A DNA stretch of 64,000 nt, from positions 17,638 to 81,637 of the forward strand of contig QEVF01000009.1 in the NCBI GenBank assembly GCA_003576915.1. The letters run 5' to 3'. Positions 49,727-54,717 of this stretch are shown in pieces. The stretch is from Planctomycetota bacterium (GTDB lineage Bacteria > Planctomycetota > UBA8742 > UBA2392). Both the position numbers and the translations under genes were made by a program. How positions within the stretch are numbered: position 1 is the stretch's first letter; each line of letters starts with the position of its first letter. The notes below the pieces were generated by a model. It did no database searches and was not told the DNA's origin. It was given only the letters and a program-made list of their open reading frames with translations.

Positions 49727-50526
49727 TGCGGATTCTGGTGACCAACGACGACGGTATGAACGCCAGCGGGCTGGTGACGCTGGAAAAGGCGGTGCAACGC
49801 CTGGGCGGCGAGGTCTATGTCGTCGCCCCGGAGCAGGAGCACAGCGCGCAAAGCCACGCCATTACCGTGCGCCAGCCCGTATTCGCGCGCACACTGCCCC
49901 TGACGCACGGCGAGAAGCAGCGCATCGCCATCAGCGGGACGCCCTGCGACTGTGTGCGCCTGGCCTGCATCAAGCTTCTTGAGCACAAGCCCGATCTCTG
50001 CGTTACCGGCATCAACCACGGCGCCAACCTGGGCTGGGACGTGTTCTTTTCAGGCACCGTTTCGGCCGCGGCCGAGGCGCACAGCTTCGGCATTCCAGCC
50101 ATTGCCTTTTCACTGGCCACCTGGAGCAAGCCGGACTGGACCAACCTCGACCTGCTCGTGGCGGACCTGCTGCGCTCGCTGCTGGCCGCGCGCCACACCC
50201 AGCGCAACTTTCTGTACAGCGTGAACATACCCCCCATCCCGCCGGCGAAGATGCAGGGCGCGAAGATCACCCGGCTCGAGCCCCTGGTCAAGGGCGACAA
50301 CTTTGAAGAGCGCGAAGCTCCCGACGGGCGGCGCTACTACTGGCCCACCTGGGACGAACGCAAGGCCGCGCGCGACAGGATTACCGATGAGCGCTATGAC
50401 AGCGCCGCCGTGCGCGCCGGCTACATCAGCATTACGCCGCTGCGCTATGACGTCAGCGCCATCGAGGATGCGGCGCTGACGCCGGTGTTCTCCGACTACA
50501 AGCCGGGCCGGGCCCTTGAAGCCTGA
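49726..50526 (+). CDS. surE: 5'/3'-nucleotidase SurE
   Basis: MRILVTNDDGMNASGL and GINHGANLG motifs. Confidence 0.9.
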   Translation: MRILVTNDDGMNASGLVTLEKAVQRLGGEVYVVAPEQEHSAQSHAITVRQPVFARTLPLTHGEKQRIAISGTPCDCVRLACIKLLEHKPDLCVTGINHGANLGWDVFFSGTVSAAAEAHSFGIPAIAFSLATWSKPDWTNLDLLVADLLRSLLAARHTQRNFLYSVNIPPIPPAKMQGAKITRLEPLVKGDNFEEREAPDGRRYYWPTWDERKAARDRITDERYDSAAVRAGYISITPLRYDVSAIEDAALTPVFSDYKPGRALEA

Positions 50527-50543
50527 GAAGCGTTCATGCGCCT

Positions 50544-50903
50544 TCAGGCCCGCCTGAACTTCTCGCAGGCGTAGGGCTGGTCTTTCAGCGCTTTGCACAG
50601 CGCGTCTTCGGTCAGCTCGCAACCCGCCTTCATGGTGATGGTCAGCGTTTCGTGTTTCTCGTCCAGGCTCACCTCGTCCACACCGTCCAGTGCGAGCACC
50701 AGCTTCCTGAGGGCGGCTGCGCCTTCGGCGTCCTTGACTCCGCTGACCGAAACTTCATATTTCGCTGCCTTCACGGGCAGGTTGCGCGGGCCTCAGCCCG
50801 CTCACAGAAAGTCGGGCGTTGCGCCCCCGGCGCCAAAGGGCGCCGCCGACAGCGCGCCGCAGGACAGTGCGGCCAGCAAAACCAGCGTGAGCATCCTGTG
50901 CAT
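50544..50903 (-). CDS. Exported protein with N-terminal UAGU motif (two in-frame TGA) followed by an HMA-like ferredoxin-fold domain; putative selenoprotein A
   Basis: GAGGAG lies 6 nt upstream of the ATG at 50903. Signal peptide MHRMLTLVLLAALSCGALSA. The TGAs at 50802-50804 and 50793-50795 are in frame with the 76-aa ORF at 50544-50774, reading ..DFL-U-AG-U-GPRNLPVKAAKYEVSVSGV.. The listed ORF starts only at an internal GTG. Confidence 0.6.
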
Positions 50904-50960
50904 GGCATTCTCCTCAGGCCCCGATTGGGACGCCGGCGCGGCCGTCGAGGTTCCGCCAAT

Positions 50961-51272
50961 TCAGGGACCGGCAGGCGTCAGGGGGCTCAACTGGCGCAGG
51001 GTTACCCCCTGTTCGAGGGCCAACCGCTCAAGGGCAGCGCGCAGGGCCTGCTCCGTGCCAAGCCAGGTGATGTGAAACTCGCCCTGGGGCTCTTCGTATA
51101 CGCTTTGGACGCCATCCAGGCGCGCGATCATCTGATCGAAACCGGGTCAGTCCTCGCCTCACTGCCCGTAATCGAGCCAGGCGAGATAGTGGTGGGGCGG
51201 GGGCGCCTGCGGTTTGGGCGGGGCCGCACAGGCGGCGAGCAGCAGCAAGGACGTGAGCCACATCAAGCGCAT
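50961..51272 (-). CDS. Lipoprotein with HMA-like domain carrying UGEDU at the metal-binding loop (two in-frame TGA); putative selenoprotein B
   Basis: The ATG at 51272 gives MRLMWLTSLLLLAAC (lipobox). The TGAs at 51159-51161 and 51147-51149 are in frame. My manual translation downstream is stop-free to the TGA at 50961: ..YLAWLDYGQ-U-GED-U-PGFDQMIARLDGVQSVYEEPQGEFHITWLGTEQALRAALERL.. I see no clear SD. Confidence 0.55.
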
Positions 51273-51283
51273 GTCATAGAATA

Positions 51284-51315
51284 GAAAACCGGGCAACTGG
51301 CGTCGCCCGGTTTTC
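51284..51315 (-). terminator. Intrinsic terminator-like hairpin downstream of selenoprotein C
   Basis: On the minus strand, GAAAACCGGGC-GACGCCAGTT-GCCCGGTTTTC is followed by TATTCT. Confidence 0.6.
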
Positions 51316-51333
51316 GTATTGCGGCGGAGGATG

Positions 51334-51753
51334 CTACTTGCCGGAGCCCTTGTTCCCGTCAGTTCCGTCCTTCTTTTCTTCCTTCTTTTCTTCCTTGGTC
51401 TCCTCGCCTTCCTTGGCGAAAGAGCGGACGCTGAACTTGCTGTCCTCGAAGGCCTTGACGACCGCATCCTTCTCGATCGTCTTGCCTTCCTTCATCGTGA
51501 CGGTGGCTTCCTGCTTCTTCTTGTCCCACGTTGCTTTTTCCACGCCTTCCAGGCTGGAGAGGGTCTTGACGACCGCAGGTCCTCACGTCGCTCACGTCGC
51601 GCCGTCGATGCCAACCTTGTAAACCGTGGGTGCTGCCTTGGCCGGCTGCTCGGCCTTCTTTTCTTCGCCCTTGCTCTCCTGGGCCTGGCAGGCCACGCCC
51701 GCCACACTGACCGAGAGCAGGAGCGCGGCAGCGACGAATCCCATCTGACGCAT
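51334..51753 (-). CDS. Exported HMA/MerP-like protein with GAT-U-AT-U-G at the GMTCxxC position (two in-frame TGA); putative selenoprotein C
   Basis: AGGAGG lies 6 nt upstream of the ATG at 51753. Signal peptide MRQMGFVAAALLLSVSVAGVAC. TGAs at 51592-51594 and 51583-51585. The readthrough product VYKVGIDGATUATUGPAVVKTLSSLEGVEKATWDKKKQEATVTMKEGKTIEKDAV aligns with the Cys paralog VVTIEGMTCIKCAKAVEKAIAAIDGVESVKVCDKSGKALVTMKEGKTLDKTAV. Confidence 0.7.
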
Positions 51754-51825
51754 GTGCATCCTCCTGTTAGAGAAATGGAAACAACCCTTCCATATGGAAC
51801 TACGGAGGGCAGCTTAGCATTCCGC

Positions 51826-51858
51826 AAAAAAAGAGGGAGCGGCGCAGGCCGCTCCCTC
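51826..51858 (-). terminator. Strong rho-independent terminator after the Cys-type HMA gene
   Basis: On the minus strand, GAGGGAGCGGC-CTGC-GCCGCTCCCTC (11-bp stem) is followed by TTTTTTT. Confidence 0.8.
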
Positions 51859-51877
51859 GGCATGCGGGCGCAGAAGA

Positions 51878-52360
51878 CTAGCCCTTGGACTTCTCTGCCG
51901 TCTTCGCTTCCTTGTTCTCGTCCTTCTTGGGTTCGGCCTTCACGACGGACTTGGTCTTGAACTCCGTCTCCTTGAGGGCCGTCTCGACGGCGGTCTTGTC
52001 AAGGGTCTTGCCTTCCTTCATGGTGACCAGCGCCTTGCCGGACTTGTCGCAGACCTTGACGGACTCAACACCGTCAATGGCGGCAATGGCCTTCTCCACG
52101 GCCTTGGCGCACTTGATGCAGGTCATGCCTTCAATCGTCACGACAAAGCTGTTGGCCTTGACCTCGCCGCAGCCGCCACAATCCTTGGCATCGCCCTTGT
52201 CACAGCAGCCCTTGCCTTCTTCTTCACAGCACTTCTCGCCGTCCTTCTTCTCGCTCTTCTTGTCGCCGCAGCTATCACAGCCCTTGCACTGGGCCATCAG
52301 CGGGGCGCCGGCGAAAGCCAGGCCGAGGAAGAGCATCAAAGCAGTCAGGAACTTCGTCAT
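51878..52360 (-). CDS. Exported Cys-rich HMA domain protein (MerP/CopZ-like, canonical GMTCxxC)
   Basis: The ATG at 52360 gives signal peptide MTKFLTALMLFLGLAFAGAPLMA. A Cys-rich linker follows (CKGCDSCG..CCEEEGKGCCDKGDAKDCGGCG), then VVTIEGMTCIKCAKAVEKAI. Confidence 0.85.
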   Translation of the reverse strand: MTKFLTALMLFLGLAFAGAPLMAQCKGCDSCGDKKSEKKDGEKCCEEEGKGCCDKGDAKDCGGCGEVKANSFVVTIEGMTCIKCAKAVEKAIAAIDGVESVKVCDKSGKALVTMKEGKTLDKTAVETALKETEFKTKSVVKAEPKKDENKEAKTAEKSKG

Positions 52361-52459
52361 GTCGTCTCCGTTCATTAGTGCGGGGCAAGGCCCCATCGTG
52401 GTTGTCGTAAGCGGCCCATTATAGACGAACGGGCCGGGTCCGTCCTTACATCAAAATGG

Positions 52460-52936
52460 TCATTTCACCTTGTGTCGCGCCTTGAGCGCCTTCCAGTCTC
52501 CCTGCAGGTCCTCCTTGAAGCTGAAGACCTCATAGCCGAAGTCCTTGTAGATGAAGTCTGTGACAGTCTTCTCGTCCAGCCGGATCTGGGGCTTGCACAG
52601 GACGAAAAGCGTGAATTCCTCGATCACGGTGAAGCTGTCCAGCAACCCATACTGGGTGGTGAGGGCGTCCACGACGCCCGTGGTTCAGCCGCCTCAGTCG
52701 ATGCCCTTGAGGCCGATGGCGTAGATCACCTCCCTGATTTCCGGCCTGGCTTCCGGTTCCGCCTTGGGTTCAACCTTCGGCTCGGCCTTGGGCTGGGGCC
52801 TCGCGCCGCAGCCGGAGTCAACGGAAGCAGGCTCGCCGCCGCCCTTGCGCAGATGCACGGGCTGGAAGTCTTCTTTGGTGAGCTGGCAGCCGCCCGTCAG
52901 GGCCAGCAGCAACAGGGCCAGGAGTCCGCGGTTCAT
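52460..52936 (-). CDS. Lipoprotein with HMA-like domain carrying UGGU at the metal-binding loop (two in-frame TGA); putative selenoprotein E
   Basis: GAGGAG lies 6 nt upstream of the ATG at 52936. Lipobox LALTGGC. The TGAs at 52694-52696 and 52685-52687 join the listed ORFs 52694-52936 and 52460-52672 in one frame: ..EVIYAIGLKGID-U-GG-U-TTGVVDALTTQYG.. Confidence 0.65.
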
Positions 52937-52946
52937 AGCCTTCTCC

Positions 52947-53834
52947 TCAAATCAGGTAGCTGAACATCAGCATGAATTCGCCTTCATGGTAGAACTGCTT
53001 GCCGAACAGATAGCGATAAACCGGCAGGTTCAGCCCGAACTTGCACTCGATGCGGTTGGTGATGTTCATCTGCATGCCAAGCGCCAGATGTACGAAATAG
53101 CCGCCGCTGTTGTCATCGCGGTCGCCGTGCATGCGTCCGCGGTGCTCAAAGCGGGCGTCGGCCTCCACCAGCAGAATCAGGTCAAAATCGCGGTAATCCG
53201 TAAGCTGGAACACGCGATAGGCGTAGGCCAGGTGGGCCTGGGCTTCGGGGCCCGCGCCGCTGCCGTCAATCTGGGTGCTGCCGCGCCCCGCCAGGTCAAA
53301 CCAGAGGTAGTGGCGTGTGGTGCTGGTGGAAGCTGAGAGGCCGAACGTGAACGTCCAGTTGTCGTCAAACTCGTCGCCCATGGGCTCGCCGTGGCGCCGC
53401 GTGGCCGTGGGCATGTCGATCGTGGCAAACCACGACGCCTTGGTGGAACCGCCCTCAAACACGTTGTTGAGGAAGCGGTAAGTGCCGGCCAGAGAGAACT
53501 TGCGGGCGCCGGAGTAGACCTCGCTCCCGTCCTTGCTGTGTTCGCGCATGTAGAAGTAGGGCGTCTTGATCCGCATGGCGAAGTCGCGCGAGAACCCGTA
53601 GGTGACGCCGGGCTCGATGGTGTGCATGAACATGCGGCGGTCGCGCCCGTTGGAATCGGGGTTGTCGCCGCTGAAATAGCGGAAGGCCCAGTCGAACTCC
53701 TGCTCGAGTTCAAGTTCGAGGCCCTTGTTCCAGATGGTTCTGGGTCCCAGTCCGAACATGGTTTCGTGGGCGCTCACGGCGCCCGCGCCCAGAACTCAGA
53801 CCAGTGCCAGCAAAGCCAGGTGCTTCAGCGTCAC
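52947..53834 (-). CDS. Putative outer-membrane beta-barrel protein with one in-frame TGA inside the signal peptide
   Basis: The GTG at 53834 is preceded by AAGGAG with a 6-nt spacer and overlaps the merR stop (GTGA). The N-terminus MTLKHLALLALV-[TGA 53796-53798]-VLGAGAVSA|HE is a signal peptide. The body has alternating beta-strand-like sequence and ends ..MLMFSYLI. Confidence 0.6.
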
Positions 53835-54274
53835 GCCGGACTCCTTTTCTTGCCCTTGGGGGCCCTGGTTGGACCGCCTTCTATGCCTTGGAGGATGCTG
53901 CAGCATTCGGTGCTCTTGTCGCCGCCGGGGCAGCGTTCAATGAGGTCAGCGAGGTGATCGCGCATCTCGGTCAGCAGCTCGATTTTGCGAGTAATCTCGA
54001 TGAGCTTGCGCGAGGCAAGCTCGCTGACGTCTCCGCAGGTGGCGAGGTCGGAGGTGCGCAGGAACAGCAGGTCCTGAATCTCTTTGAGCGTGAAGCCGAC
54101 ATCCTTGGCGCGCTGGATGAAGCGCAGGCGCGCGACGTCGTCGTCGCCGTAGAGGCGATGGCCGCCGGCGCTGCGCTCGGGTTTGGGCAACAGACCCTCG
54201 CGCTCATAAAAGCGCACGGTTTCGATGTTGATGCCCGTGGACTCGGCCAGCTTGCCTACCGTCATGGTGGTCAT
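53831..54274 (-). CDS. merR: MerR-family regulator with the mercury-type Cys triad
   Basis: The HTH is KLAESTGINIETVRFYEREGLL. Cys80, Cys115 and Cys124 have the same spacing (35 residues, then C-x8-C) as Cys82, Cys117 and Cys126 of Tn501 MerR as I recall it. Confidence 0.85.
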   Translation of the reverse strand: MTTMTVGKLAESTGINIETVRFYEREGLLPKPERSAGGHRLYGDDDVARLRFIQRAKDVGFTLKEIQDLLFLRTSDLATCGDVSELASRKLIEITRKIELLTEMRDHLADLIERCPGGDKSTECCSILQGIEGGPTRAPKGKKRSPA

Positions 54275-54291
54275 GTGGCACCTCGGGGAAC

Positions 54292-54322
54292 AAGTTACCT
54301 CCGTAGCTTACTACGGGTTCAA
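54292..54322 (-). promoter_or_regulatory. MerR-type promoter/operator: -35 TTGAAC, 19-bp spacer containing dyad CCGTAG-N4-CTACGG, -10 TAACTT
   Basis: The minus strand reads TTGAAC CCGTAGTAAGCTACGGAGG TAACTT. The spacer counts to 19 nt. The dyad resembles the Tn501 mer operator (TCCGTAC-N4-GTACGGA). It lies ~18 nt upstream of the merR ATG. Confidence 0.75.
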
Positions 54323-54363
54323 GGGAATTGGCAGGAATCAGAACGGCAGCAACTGCGCAGAGT

Positions 54364-54391
54364 CTGGAAGCTGGTGGTCAGGGCCGGACTT
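54364..54391. repeat. Direct repeat of the tRNA-Phe 3' end (copy distal to the tRNA)
   Basis: ctgGaagctggtggtcagggccggactt matches 54525-54552 at 27 of 28 positions, with 24 contiguous identities. Confidence 0.9.
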
Positions 54392-54494
54392 CGAGCAGCC
54401 GCTGCGCGGCTGCGAGACAGCGCAGCAGCCCGGCCCACAGGCCGGGCGTAAGCGTAGCGGCGGCGAGCGCAGCGAGACGAAAACCTCACGAAAT

Positions 54495-54518
54495 GACCCC
54501 GGCAGGTCGCCCGGGGTC
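54495..54518 (-). terminator. Hairpin terminator downstream of tRNA-Phe
   Basis: GACCCCGG-N8-CCGGGGTC is followed on the minus strand by ATTTCGTGAGGTTTTCG. Confidence 0.55.
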
Positions 54519-54524
54519 ACTGTG

Positions 54525-54552
54525 CTGAAAGCTGGTGGTCAGGGCCGGACTT
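54525..54552. repeat. Direct repeat copy overlapping the 3' end of tRNA-Phe
   Basis: See 54364-54391. Confidence 0.9.
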
Positions 54553-54608
54553 GAACCGGCGACCCATGCATTTTCAGTGCATTGCTCTACCAACTGAGCT
54601 ACCTGACC
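54533..54608 (-). tRNA. tRNA-Phe (anticodon GAA), CCA encoded
   Basis: The minus strand reads GGTCAGG TA GCTC AGTTGGTA GAGC A ATGCA CTGAAAA TGCAT GGGTC GCCGG TTCAAGT CCGGC CCTGACC A CCA. This gives a complete cloverleaf. Confidence 0.9.
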
Positions 54609-54717
54609 CTGTGCCGCGTCTTGCCGCGGCAGGCGCGAAAAGGTAGCAGCAATCGGGACTACGTCAACCCGCTGGCGGCGTTTAGTATGCCGGCGGCACA
54701 TCGCACGCGGAGGCACC

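Noticed and set aside
51159-51863. Track ORFs 51159-51467 (102 aa) and 51492-51863 (123 aa)
   Set aside because: Both are Arg-rich and read across terminators and out of frame through selenoprotein C. Only the last 37 codons of the first (from the ATG at 51272) are real, as the N-terminus of selenoprotein B.
50544-53834. Global reassignment of TGA (code 4 Trp or code 25 Gly) as the explanation for the in-frame TGAs
   Set aside because: TGA clearly terminates many confident genes in this window, including several ATGA/TGATG coupled junctions (5815, 33495, 36420, 37544, 49449, 53831). The genome is also GC-rich, unlike known TGA-reassigned lineages.
50544-53834. The interrupted HMA genes being pseudogenes or sequencing errors
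   Set aside because: Eight of the nine TGAs fall as pairs at or near the expected Cys positions. No frameshifts accompany them, and the downstream frames stay open with conserved fold-compatible sequence. Random decay would not produce this pattern. Read-level confirmation is still required.
54364-54552. Calling the mer-like locus a bona fide integrated genomic island
   Set aside because: Only the short tRNA-Phe 3'-end duplication is visible. There is no integrase or excisionase, and no second distal repeat beyond 50544. I report it only as a possible scar.
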